Shown here one piece after another: positions 43,402 through 56,700 of a stretch of DNA of 64,000 bases. Made by a program: the position numbers and the translations under genes. The notes under the pieces are model-generated. The model did not search any database. It was not told where the DNA came from and saw only the letters and a program-made list of their open reading frames with translations. The stretch lies in the NCBI RefSeq assembly GCF_964355755.1, contig NC_092679.1:6540201-6604200 (forward strand), given 5' to 3'. Positions within the stretch are counted from its first letter, which is position 1; each line of letters begins with the position of its first letter. Source of the DNA: Antedon mediterranea (Eukaryota; Animalia; Echinodermata).

Positions 43402-45362
43402 TGCGAAATAATAATACGGTACTGTAAGAACAAAATCATTTGTAAAAGTGCAATAAGATTATATAATTTATAATTTGACTTTTCTAAAGCAAATTTCAAA
43501 TGGTTCAATTTTTGTTCAAATCAATAGAGAATATAGTGCAATCTGTCATGCAACTTACAAATTATTGCAGTCAGCTTGTGCACAAGCTTTATTTTTATGA
43601 GGGCAGAACAACTCCCCACCTGAACTATTATGCTGGGGCTTTCAACACAGTACTACTAGCCTAGGCCCTTTGTGTTGCTGATTTTAAAACCGAATTAATC
43701 ACCTAGGCCTACTACTCTACTAGGCCTATACTAGAAAGAAGTACTACCTAGGCCTACCTTTTATTTAGTTAATCGACACAACAACTTCAGTTTTACTAAT
43801 TTTTTATTGCGTTTAAAAACACGATAATAATGCATTCGTATAACTGACTGTAACTAACCATTCCAAAGTTTGGGTCCGTAATTGAAAATGTAAACCTAGG
43901 CCTAGGCCTAAGACCATGTATTGTTGGTCTGGTCAATTTCCCCACGACGTTCTTCGCCGCCTTCGCGTTGGTCCGCCTCGCCTTCAGAATCGGTGAGATC
44001 GGGCTCTCATATAGGCCTACGGTTGAATTAAATAATTGCATTCAATAACACTTTCTTGCGTATCCATAACGTCGTCTCCTTCATCTTCATCAATTTCGAA
44101 TTCATAATGGATAGTTTCCTCTTCAAAATCAGACTCCGAACTGTCGAGATCGTACACTGAATACGTGTTGACATCTTGCCGATACAGTACAGTTTGTATA
44201 CAAGAGAGATGCGTCGCGACCAGCAGTGCAGCAGTGTGTTCATCTTATGACGTCACGATTTATCGCCTTGGATTTCCTGCTTCCAAATTCGACTTCGGAG
44301 ATATAAACTCCGATGTATGTAAATCATAAAAAATTCATAATTTACGCTTATAGAATTTATTTTATCAAAACGTACTAATAAAATCAACATATTCAGACCC
44401 AAATCAGCCAAAAAACGTTATACATCAAATACCATGTTCCATGATCTTTAAAAAAATGAATTGTTATAAACCTAATTTTATTTAGCAGAGGCCTAATTAA
44501 TAATTGAAAACGCAACCGGGCCTATAGATCCTTTTAATAGTATTCATAGGCCTAATGAAAATTACAATGCTTGCCATAAATAACAACACAGAAAAAAGAG
44601 CTATTTTACTGACTGTCTGTACTTCTATCTATCTTGCAGCGCCTTCGAAATAAAATAAGTTTTTGATTCAGATCATATTCATAAAATAATAATATATAGT
44701 CTCTAGCTATACATAAAATATTTTACGCAACATAAAAAAAACGTAACAAATTGTTCTTCAACCACAGTGTGACGTTGGGGGCGTTTCGAATTGTTTTGAG
44801 TATTTTTTTTGTGTGAAACAACGAATCGAGAGCGCGATGTTCAACTTGAAATTTACTTATTAAAACAACATTTCCAAAGCACTTGGTATGATTTTATAGG
44901 TAAGATTTTTTTAATGAAGTTTTGATGAAACTCCAAATTAATATAGTATTTGTAACGTTACTGGGCATACGTTTTAACTCTTAGTGTAAGCTAAGCCTTT
45001 TCGGTGTAGGCCTACTGGATTCTTTAATTTAAGAGGCGATGGGTACATGTCGGTTGTCGTAGAGAGTCTGCTTCAGCCATGGTCACTTCGCCCCAAATTT
45101 CTAAAGTTATCACCGCATAATATTACAGTACAGGAGGAACTGACTTCTCTATATAAATCCCCACATATTAGTATACATATAAAATTAGAACTTCATTATG
45201 TATAAAAATTAAAAACATGCGCTTGCTTGCGAATACCGGTCCGTAAAAGTGTGTGTTTTAGGTACACTACTGTATTTTTATTCCTCCATCCATACAATGC
45301 ATACTGGCAGTGGTACTCGAGATAGTATATTGAAATCTTTAGGTTAATTTTTTTCTTCAGGA

Positions 45363-48300
45363 ATGGCTGAACTGGAAACCTTGTTTTCTCTTGAACTGGA
45401 TGTAGAGTTTGTTCGTGTGCAGGCATCTGGTGTTATCTGCAGAATACCAGCGGTAGCATTCCGGTTGATGGACTACCCAACATTACTTTTACATCACATG
45501 AGTCCAGTTAATGTTCAAAGAGTAAAAGACACGATCTCTGAAAATCAACCAGAAGGCCCAATGCCATCTCAGTTGAAAGAACTTAAAGACCACAGAGGAA
45601 ACTTTGTTTTCAAGAAAGGAAAATCTTGCTTATTTAAATCAAACATTGACAATTTGGTGGGACATTTAAGCAACACGCCTCTTTATGTCATGGTGCTTGA
45701 CATGTGGCCAACTGTACCAAAACTTGTCGGAAATTGTTCTGTCCCGCTACAGAATACCATACAGAAGATTAAAGCCGATGTGGAGAGGACTGGTATATCT
45801 GTTCCAACTGTTCATGGTGTCAAGGACATTTACAAAGTTTATAGCTTAATGGGAAGTGAAATTGGTTACGTCTCACTTGGATTTAAACTGTTAAGTCTCG
45901 GAGCCGGTTTAATATCACACATCCCTGAATCTTCAATCACCAAACCAGTTTCTTCTAAAACTACTGCAGATATTGCTGAAAAAACAGTGTTGCCAACTCC
46001 TAAGCAAAAAGAGAATATTGTACTGCAGAACTTAGAAGAGCTGTCTATTGTTGATGAACGTTCAAGAGAAAGAGAAACTGCAAAGGTAACCAGTAATTTA
46101 TTACGGTCATCTTCGACTCAAACCCGACGACGACTGGTGAAGCCTAGAGCACATACAGAACATAAACATTATGTACATGATGCGGAAAAACAACCTAAAG
46201 ATGACGATTTAGGTCTTTTCGTAAGCAATACTCTATGTCCACCGCCTCTTTTCTTTAATTCTAAATGCGAAGATTTACAAAAGAAAATTAATCAGACATC
46301 TAAAAAAAAAGATTCTAAACCAGAACCAGAAGAAAGTGAAGATTCATCTGTTGGTTTTGTAGAAACTCATTACATCTTTCCATCAGATATTAGTCAACAA
46401 TCAGTCAGAAAAGTTCACAGAAGAAATCGCTCTAAACCAGCAGTTATTGATTCAAAACCACAAACACAATCGGTTGGCGTTCAGAGTTCTCCAGATGTTA
46501 GAAGTATTACATCCAGTCTTATCAACCAGAACCTACCAATTTTAGCTGCCCTAATGAGGGAGCTTTCTGTTCTTCAAAGTAATCGTCCACTAGTAGTGCA
46601 GCCAAGTCATCCATCACATCACCAGAGTGTAAGAACACCGACTGTTCCTCTAAGAATGAATGATGAAATGGTAGGCGTGGAAAATGAGTCAGAAAAAGAA
46701 GATAGGTTGAAACATACTGATAAAGTGAAAGATGCGAGAAATAAACGACCTACTTCATCTAAGAAGAAGTCTAAATTAACATTTGGTATGACACACTCTC
46801 AGAAGCTCAGACTTCAAATGAACAACCCGGAGCAGCTTAAGACTCTAGAGAAAGAGGAATCAAGACAACAGAAGAACAATGGAAGGATGGGGTCCACTTA
46901 CAAAACCCTACTGACATCTCAGAAAGAGAAAGGGCACAGAAAAGGAAGAGATAGATTTGATGCATTTGCTCAAGGTAAGTCTAGTGTGTAAAGCTCTGTC
47001 TACATTATCAAATTTATGTGATAACAATACTTGGACATATCGCTACCATATTTGGGCACATCATACTTTTTTTGTCAAACTAGTTTGATAGTGTAGACAG
47101 AACTTTACTATACAGCAACCTGTTATTAGTTTTTTGCTAGGACTGACGACCAACCTAAGGTCAGGTCAATCAATGTGTCGTTGGTTATCGCCTGAACCTT
47201 CAAACCTGTATAGAGGTGAGGAGCGAGGATGTCCCAATATTCCCGCATCCGCACTGAATGAACATAGTTTAGTCGTCGATCGTCCGTAATTCCTTTTTGA
47301 CTATAATTTAATTTATGGCATATTATTTTGTAGAGAAAGACGAGTTGGAAAGCAACAAGGAAAATGAAACACTTTATGTTCAACCAAGACAGAGACCTGT
47401 ACCAGCACCTAGGCAATCAAAAGAAAGTTTGTCAAGCAAGAGTAATACAGAAAGAACATCTGAAGTAAAAGATGAAATTCAAAGTTATATGAGTGTTAGA
47501 GGTATTGATAAAAGTACTGATCAAGAAGAGTCAGTAAATGAAGAAAATAGTTGTCATAGCTCTAAAGGTAATTTTATTTCTGCATCAAAGAAAAGCTCAC
47601 TATACTGCTTGTTGGCTTATGTTTGTGTATGAAAATGTATAGAAATGCTTGGCTGTGCATCCCACCTTTAAAGACTTTCAGCTAGTCTAATGGTTATTTT
47701 AGAGCCTTGCACCCAGCCAAAGAAACCTCTGGGCACCCTGAAAATTAATAGTTTCCCCACCACTTGACTTCTCTAGCCACAACTCAGAACATTTCAATTT
47801 TGAGTTGTGTGTAAACTACTATGTTGCTGTTTTACATTTCTTTATTTTGTTTTTTAAAGATCAAAGTGAGGCAAGCAGTCGGATAATAGAGGTACATATA
47901 CCAAGTGTTTCAAATGACGAAATTTTTGACGATGAATCCAACATAACAAGTGACTTTACTGACCAATCAGAGGCTGGTGATATTACAGTTAATCATGTTT
48001 CCCCAAAGAAGACTGTACAGGTTCCTGGTTTCAGTGTAGAAACTGAGTCTCAACAAAACAATCCAGAAGGAAAGGATGAGGGAATGGATTTTGATAAAGA
48101 AAGAAAACCTTATGACGGTAAAGATAGGAAATTAGCCACAAACCAATCAGTGAGTGTTTATCCAGGCAAGCAGCAAATACGAAGAGTTGAAGTTTTGTCA
48201 AAAGACGATTTTAAAACAAAATCTGAAGAATTTGAAGAAGCTGAGGATGATGAAGGAGATGTTCTGGAAGGAGCACATTTTGAAGAGAATTATTCGACTG

Positions 48301-48782
48301 ATTTTGATGCTGTTGAAGATGACCAAGATAGAAAGAATGTTTTGGGATATGCTGAGTTTGAAGGAACGTATTCTTATGATTTTGAAGACCCAGATGCCGG
48401 ACCACTTGGAGTGGTTGATGATGATGATTACGGAATCGATAGTCTTGCCTCTCTCAGTACAACATCATCGTCGCCAGAAGAATCATCTGCAAGTCAAGTT
48501 AGTTTAAGGCAGCCGGTGCCACATGCCAGCAGACTACAGAAGGGAAGTTTAGCGATACCCAAACCAGTGCTTTCTTCAAAGTCTCCTCTGCCAAAGAAGA
48601 TTAAACAAAATGTTGATGTGTCGATGAACTTAGCAACCGGCGGATCTAGTTTGCAATCGGAATTCTTAACTGGAGATTCAGACATTTACCAGTCAACGAT
48701 AGGAACTGGTAGAACACGATCCAGTGACGATTATAATCGGTCAAATTCTGACGTACTTTCTGTTAGTAGCAAAGAATTCTAA
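45363..48782 (+). CDS. MAP10: Microtubule-associated protein 10 (KIAA1383)-like
   Basis: Exons 45363-46974, 47334-47567, 47860-48782. LFSLELDVEFV, PAVAFRLMDYPTL, FKKGKSCLF, TPLYVM, CPPPLFF and LPILAALMRELS match MAP10. Probable non-coding first exon ends at approx 44899. Confidence 0.88.
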
Positions 48783-50175
48783 TTGTTGTTTTTAAAGCCC
48801 TACATCTTTATTACCACTTAACGTAAAGCGCACCGCACGTAATTTAACCAATCACGATGCGACGAATCATACTAACTGTCAATTGTGATTGGTCAACTCA
48901 ATTGCGTTGTGCTTACGTCGTTGGCAATGACAAAAGTTTAGATAGCCAGACTTGTAGTGTAGGGTAGGCGTCAGTAGTTGGGCATGGTAAATTGGGCATC
49001 AATCTACCGCTAGCAATCAGACAAGCTTGAAGGTCTAGAGTTATGAACACTGGCTAGTCATCTGGTGGTTGTGGGCTCCCCTTGAGTATTCTCAAGTGTT
49101 CTAAGAAATCGATGTCAGAGTACGGCAGGCAGAGAGGCAAGATATCAACTGGTATAAACCAGTTATTATTCCATAGATGTAACAATTATATTGTACGCTT
49201 GTTGTACTTGCGCTATTAGACACTATTGACCTATTTGATTCATTTTCTAAAGAGCTTTCATTGACATTATATCATAGTTATTGTAGTGAACTATAATTGG
49301 ATGTACAGTACTAATTGTCAAAGGTAGGTAATAGTTACTTCTAATCACTGCCACTACACAAAGTGTACATACTTGACATTTTTAACCCCACTTAACTTCT
49401 TTTAATTTTTTTTAACTGTTCACCTTTATTTGAAATATGATCCGGGAATAAAAATTGGTACAGTATTAACTTTCATGGGACTATTTTGAGATTTATAATG
49501 CATTTTCTACTGAATAAAATGCAAAGGACCAATATTGACCGTTGAACGTTTTAAACAATAGAACAATTGGTACTTTTAATTACTGTAGTTGACCAGTACC
49601 GTACAGTTGACGCCGCCGATTTTTACGTCGTTTCACTTCGCCGCTTATTCAGCTGCGTACTATTTAATGTGAGTCTACGGCGTGTATTAGATTATTTGCG
49701 GTAATTCTGTCTCTTCTAGATCTTTCACAGCACCATCTTCAATTGTCATGAGAATTTCACTACACTCCATATTAATATGACTCAAAAAATAGGCCTATCA
49801 CTTGAATCGGATCGGATAGTATACTGTAATAAAAAAAAAAGCGCGAGGTCGTATGAACAATTTGAGAAATCCGATCTCATTTCTCGAGCAGCTCTGTGAT
49901 TGGTTGAGAAGTTTTCGCTTCGCAAAAAGTAGAAACAATTCGAACTAGTAAATTTCGCTGAAGCGAAAAATCAAAGGAACTAGAATTCGTCGAAGAAGAG
50001 AGTATGACAGACAGAAACTCGAATACGCATGCGCATAGCATGACGCTTTCGATTCGCGCGAACAAATTCGCCTAGTGGAAAATCGGCTGGTACGAACGCT
50101 AATCGCAGTATGTGAACATAAGTCTTGAATTATTCGTATACTTCTTACTATAGCTACTAGCCATTCTCATTCTCA

Positions 50176-50213
50176 CTCTTGAGGACGATCAAAGCATTGA
50201 TCGAAACGTCGAG
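50176..50213 (+). ncRNA. Minimal type I hammerhead-like motif (solo Penelope pLTR remnant)
   Basis: CTC-TTGAGGA-C-GATCAA/AGCA/TTGATC-GAAACGTC-GAG. Confidence 0.55.
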
Positions 50214-50702
50214 AAACTCAACAGTTTTTTTCAGAACTAATATACGTGGTGTACCGCAAACTGTATGTCTACTAGCTACTCGACAGTTGTGAAATACAAA
50301 TATCATCCTCCTTACTATAGAAAACTAGATCCGATCTATCCTGACTTGAACCCGGAACCTTTCTCATATACACTCACTATACCAGATGTTTTATATTATT
50401 CAGTGCCGCCATGCGGTAATCGCTGTATATAATTATAATATCACTTCATGAACCGTGACTAGTCGTAACAAAAGTTCTTCAAAATAGATATATTGTACTT
50501 TTTAGTCACGCATAAGTCAATAAAAGGTTCTATAAAAGTGTACGGAGCCTATTGTGCGGCTGTTGCATATTCTATTAACGCCGTGGAGTGTTAAAGCCAA
50601 GCAATAATTCGTTTCAATGATATACTGTATTGCATATTATCGTCGCTTAACCTTACAGGCTGATTGTTCGATGTACCGGTTCGTAGTATACTTATTGTAG
50701 AA

Positions 50703-53700
50703 ATGGCTGTCATAACAATTGCAATAGTCTTTTTCTATTCGTTTGCAGTCTGTCAAGGTAATTAATTCATTCGTTATTTTACATTTCCCGAGTAGGAAAA
50801 GGCGTTCACAAGTCAACCTTTAATTATGATGAACTATAGTTAATTAACTTAATTCTATTCTTAGTAAAGGTGTATCATCTTTAAAAAAAACTGTAAATGA
50901 GGTAATAGGCCTACCATACAGATTATTATAGTTCAAATAATATCTATGGGGACCATACTAGGCGTAGACCATAAGCAGATTGAAAATTGTTGTTGATTTA
51001 TCTTTGATGTTTTGACTTAGGCCTGAGACGAATGTCTGCTTAAGCCTACGTTACTGTTTTGCGAATGCAAATTAAATACTTTCATACTTGACTATATTCT
51101 GCCATTCTTATTCACATATAGGAGATCATTTACAGTCCATCTTGGTATGTCCAGAAGACGTGGAGACCCCGTTTGAAATCGAGGAAAACGGAACGTTTTA
51201 CGCTTCCGTTTCATGGGTTGAACCTTTAATAAATGTAACAGCAATCGGTACAAATCAATGGTCTTTAACAAGGATATATAACCCAGGTGATACATTCCCA
51301 CTTGGAGATACGGTGGTCGAGTACACTCTTTCAACTAATGCTGAATCGGCTGAGTGCAATTTTACCGTATCTGTTATTGGTAAGTAGGCCTACTTTGTCC
51401 CAAACTTTCCAATAGGCCTACCTTTGGAGTTGGTCATTCAATTGGCTCTCGGTAGGGCTGGATCCTGGGTTGCGCTTCCCTTTTGAATAACCCTAGATCC
51501 TCCTCTCAGTCTGAGGAAAAATGGCAATATTTTTCCTACTTTCTAGGATTTTTATCAGATAATCTATATTGTTTTGAACACTCTTGTAATAGGACCACAG
51601 TGCTCATTTTGCCATTTTTCCTCCAACTGCTCTCTGATAATATTGTAGCATTTTGTGTGTATGAGTCAATTACCCTCATTTACTGTCAATTCTCATTTAC
51701 AAGCCTACTGTATTCTACGAATGGTCACTCAATAATGTCATTGCTACATTATGTCAACAATTTGTTTTTAACTATGGGTTAGTGAAAATAACCTTAGTTA
51801 CAAAGGTGTTTTAAGTTAGTTAATAAAATCATTATATTTTAATAGTTTTTAGTACTGATGATGAAGATCTTTCTGAAAAATTAAGAAGTTGTTCATCTAA
51901 GAACTTTTCATTTACGAACTGCTTCTTTAATGTAAATGGGAAGGTCGACTGTTACGACCAAGATATATTTTACAATTATCTAGTATTTAAAAATAAATGT
52001 TAACTTTTTTGTTTAACCAGTTGTCAAGTACTTACTTGCTACGTTTCGGCTATTTTCAGTAGCATGTAAGTACTTGACAACTGGTTTAACAAAACAAGTT
52101 AACATTTATTTTTTAATATCCATTTGAAACCAGATGAAATTTTTTCAGAATTGTCTAGTAGTAATCGGGAAGTGTATATAACATAGTTGTTGGTAGATTG
52201 TATTATTCCATATAGTAAGCCACCAATACACCATACAAATGTTTTGATATAATGAAGAAATATAATAATGCCTTTAAAAGCTTTTATATATACAGCCCGT
52301 GGCATAGTTTACCTCATGAGCTATAGTTCTCACAATAAACAAACAAGTTATATATCCCCATTATTCGACATGAATAAAATGATGTACACAACATGGTAGG
52401 CCTACTCTGAATTTCTACAAGGTATCCCGTTTTTTTTAAAGCGATCCTTAAAAGATGTGGACATCTATAATTGTGATATTTCTCTATTTTTGGCTCAGAA
52501 GTATGCAAACATCTTCAACCTATTTGTTTGCATTGTAATTGTTTCTTTTAGCGCTGATGTACTGTATAACAGCGTGTTGTAATTCTCTTTAACGAGCAAA
52601 TTCAACGTAAGGTTTCGTTCTAAAAACAATATTGACAATAAAGAAATAATAATGGACATACCAACGTAGATTATACGTATTTAAGGTCTGCTCAGAATAA
52701 ATATAGCACAACAATATATAAGTTCAAATGTAGGTTACAGCTCAAAAAATCCTGAGACCTATTATATTTTAACAGAAAAAAGAAGAGCGAAACATATATA
52801 CATGAATACATTTTAACACAAATAGAGAAGAACAAAAAATATATACGTAATTACATTTTAACAGAAAAAGAGAAACTCAACCGCCAGTGATATAGGCCTA
52901 CTGTTCTTAAATTAAAAAGTAGTTTACAAATTCAAGGAAGGAATTCGAGAAGGAACATCCCCAATGAATGTATGCTTGAGGATAACCTGCCATTACCAAA
53001 GATTATAATAGCACTATGATCTTTGATTAGGACTACCATCCGACCATATGGCTGTCATCAGCTTTGTGGATTTATCACATCCTAAACAACCAACGCGGAC
53101 AATCTCTTACCGCAAACTTCGTAACATTGATCTAAATTGTTTTGTGGAAGATATAATGAATTCCCCGCTCGTCTGCGCACCGGAAGATAATGTCTCCGGT
53201 CTCGCTGACCAATACAATAATGTATTGCAGTACATCCTTGACCAACATGCTCCGTTAACAACTAAACTGGTCACCATTAGACCACGGGCACCATGGTACA
53301 CGAATGAACTCCGTGAAGCGAAGTGCGTCAAACGGAGATCAGAACGCAGAATGTTGAAATCTGGTTTGGATATCGACAAACAGAGGTACAAGTTGGAATG
53401 CAAAGCATATAAAGATATGCTAGATCTAGCAAAATGCAATTATCATCGCAATGAAATCGCTAATGCGGATGACAAGAACCTTTTCCGCATCATAAGTAAA
53501 CTGTACTCGGTCGATCCTTCTCCTGTTCTGCCAAAACACACATCTTCAATGGATCTCGCAAACCAGTTTGGCTGTTTCTTTAATGAAAAGATTCTGAAAA
53601 TTTGCAAGAAACTTAACTCCATAAACACTCCACTAATAACTGTCAACGTCGACGAGTCATGTAATAGTAGTTTCGCTGAATTTGAGCAAATATCAGAAGA

Positions 53701-56700
53701 TACGGTACGCAAAGTCATCGCTGAAAGCGCATCTAAGTCCAGTAGACTTGACCCAATTCCAACACGGTTACTAAAAAACTGCATTGACGCTCTACTACCG
53801 CATATCACTAAAATCGTCAACATGTCGCTGTCATCAGGTACTGTACCATCTGCATTTAAATTGTCCCTCGTTATGCCACTGTTGAAAAAGCAAAATCTCG
53901 ACTCCAACCTCCTACAAAATTATAGACCAATAGCAAATCTTCCCTTCCTTTTTAAAGTCTTGGAAAGAATTGCAACTGCTCAGATAAAAGCATATATGGA
54001 TGAACATTTCCTGTTTTCAAAAGTCCAATCAGCCTACCGCCGCTTCCACTCAACTGAAACCGCTTTATTACGTGTTACAAACGATCTACTACTTGCTTTA
54101 GACAAAGGTAATGAAGCGGTACTTATTCTACTCGACTACTCCGCAGCATTTGACACTATCAATCATGATTTATTATTTCAACGTCTTCATAAAAGATACG
54201 GCATAAGCGGAACCGCATTGAAATGGTTTATTTCATATTTTGAGAATCGTAGACAAGCAATCATTGTGGGTGATTCGATGTCTGATGAGTTCGCTCTACC
54301 CTGGGGTGTACCACAGGGATCCGTAAAAGGTCCACTCGATTTCATCTTATACACTGGACCACTCAGCAACATCATTGATTCCCACCCGGAAGTTCGTCAT
54401 ATGATCTATGCAGATGACACTCAACTATATTTAATCATGAAACCTACACATCACTCTGAATCTGTTAACAGCCTTGAATCATGCATTGCAGATGTTCGCT
54501 CATGGGCCATTCAAAATAAACTCATGCTCAACGACTCCAAGACTGAAATGATCCATTTTCATTCAAAGTTCCGTGAGGCATCATCATTTCCTTTGGTCCA
54601 TATCGGAGATACTAGTGTCTCTACCTCCAGCTCAGCCAGAAATCTAGGCGTCCAACTAGACAACAGCCTCGGTTTAAAAGAACACATTCGTAATGTTTGC
54701 CGTGGTGCTTCCTTTGGAATTTACCAGATCGGCCAGATTCGTAAGTACCTTGACAAAACATCAACTGAACGTCTTGTTCATGCTTTTGTTTCATCTCGTC
54801 TGGACTGTAATAACTCGCTTCTGTACGGCCTACCAACTTCTTATCTGTCTCCTCTTCAACGAATCCAAAATTCCGCCGCAAGACTTATCACTGGCACTAA
54901 ACGACATGAACATATTTCTCCCGTTTTACGTGACTTACACTGGTTGCCTGTTGATCAGCGCATTCGTTTTAAAATCCTGTTGCTGACATATAAGGCCATC
55001 AACGGATGTGCTCCAGCCTACATATGTGACATCATTACTCCGTCAACCAACTCTTCGCTTCGTTCATCCAGCAGACTTCTTCTAAAACCTGGACCCCGTT
55101 CCAGAACTCGGTTTTACGGTGATCGTGCTTTCGCTGTCGCAGCCCCAAAACTCTGGAACACTCTACCACTCGAAATACGCTCATCAAAATCTGTTTTCAC
55201 ATTTTAAACTAAACTCAAAACTCATCTCTTCAGAGAAGCATAATCGCACGCTACTACTTGCACTGATCTTGGAAAACACAGCGCTTTGAAACCTTTGTCT
55301 CTTGCGCTTTATAAATGTTATTTATTATTATTATTTATTATTATTATCATAATAATGATGATCTAAATACAGAATTATATTGGTCCAAAAAAGAAATTCG
55401 TTTCGTTGACGAGCTGAAACAATTATATACAATATAAAAAGTCATGAATAACAAATTACATTATGCCTTATATACTTTTAAACCACGATACCATCCTTTA
55501 TCATGACACAAGTCTACCGTAAATATATAGTTCATTAAATGTGTTTACAGATGATGAAGATCCAATACTTACAAACTGCCCAGGCAACCAAAAAATCGAC
55601 ATTATGGGAACTGAAACCTCAACTGAAGTCACCTGGACTGAACCATCGGCTACCGACAATTCAGGCAAGCTGACGGTTACTTCAACTCACGAATCAGGAG
55701 ATAGCTTTTATTCAGGAACGACAGACGTTTTTTATACGGCCGTCGATAGTGGTGGGAATTCTGTGCAATGCTCATTTCAAATCATAATATTGGGTAAGAC
55801 GTCATCATTATTTAAACCACATTTACCAAGAATTCATAAATTACCGTTTACTTTTAATAATGTATACTGCAAAAAGATTGATATTATCTCCGATAAGCTT
55901 GTTCCGTTTAAAGAAGATCGTGCCTGATTTCTATATATATATATATATATATTAAATTTATTGTTTTCTTTTTTCACAACAATTATGTTCAACAAACCTG
56001 TATACACTTGCAACAACTTGAAGCATGTTCCGAGTTTGTCAATAATTGTCAAAAATGTGGAGACCCTATCACTCTTCCTTATTAGGCTCTGTCTACACTA
56101 TAAAAGTATATGAACATGATGATGTTATATCACTACTATATTTAAGCATATTACTACAATATTTGGGCATATTACACATTTTAGTTTGATAGTGTAGAAA
56201 GAAAGTTATAGACCAATTGACAACCTGCAGAAAAGTTTGCAAAAGTCTATAATACTACAGTATAACAAACTGTAGTTTGCAGACTCGAACAAACTAAACA
56301 AAAGTTGGTATGCTGATGTATGTGTAGCGGTGTTCATTTATGTTTGGTTTTGAACGAATAAATACAATCATTTAAACTCCATCATGGTTTTTGATATCGA
56401 GGTGTCTATTCTTTAGTTTTTACACTTCCTAACATGTTAGTTAATTTCCATAATTTCTTCTTCACAAAGGTTATCCTCAAAATGTATACGCAAGGACCGA
56501 TAACGTCTACATAGTTGGTGAAGACGATAAAGTAATCACATCGAATGAGGTAGATTGTCTGATAGCTTGTATTGAAGAATCTGACTTTATCTGCCAATCA
56601 GTGGATTATAGAGATTCTCTTCAAGAATGTACGCTAAGCCGACAAGACATAGGGTTTGAAGGAATCACGATAGAAACAAATAGCAGTTTTGTCCACTGGA

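Larger units (their letters stand above)
41319..44447. mobile_element. Kolobok DNA transposon, non-autonomous derivative (3129 bp)
   Basis: Perfect 26-bp TIR AGATCATGGAACATGGTATTTGATGT, TTAA TSD on both sides, inward-facing KolX and transposase remnants. Confidence 0.88.

Noticed and set aside
41319-44447. KolobokP composite element
   Set aside because: Arms are inverted rather than long direct repeats, and no His-Me nuclease is visible.
53107-54986. Antisense and alternate-frame ORFs over the LINE (similar ones over the Penelope and MAP10)
   Set aside because: Shadows of real coding sequence with no recognisable motifs.
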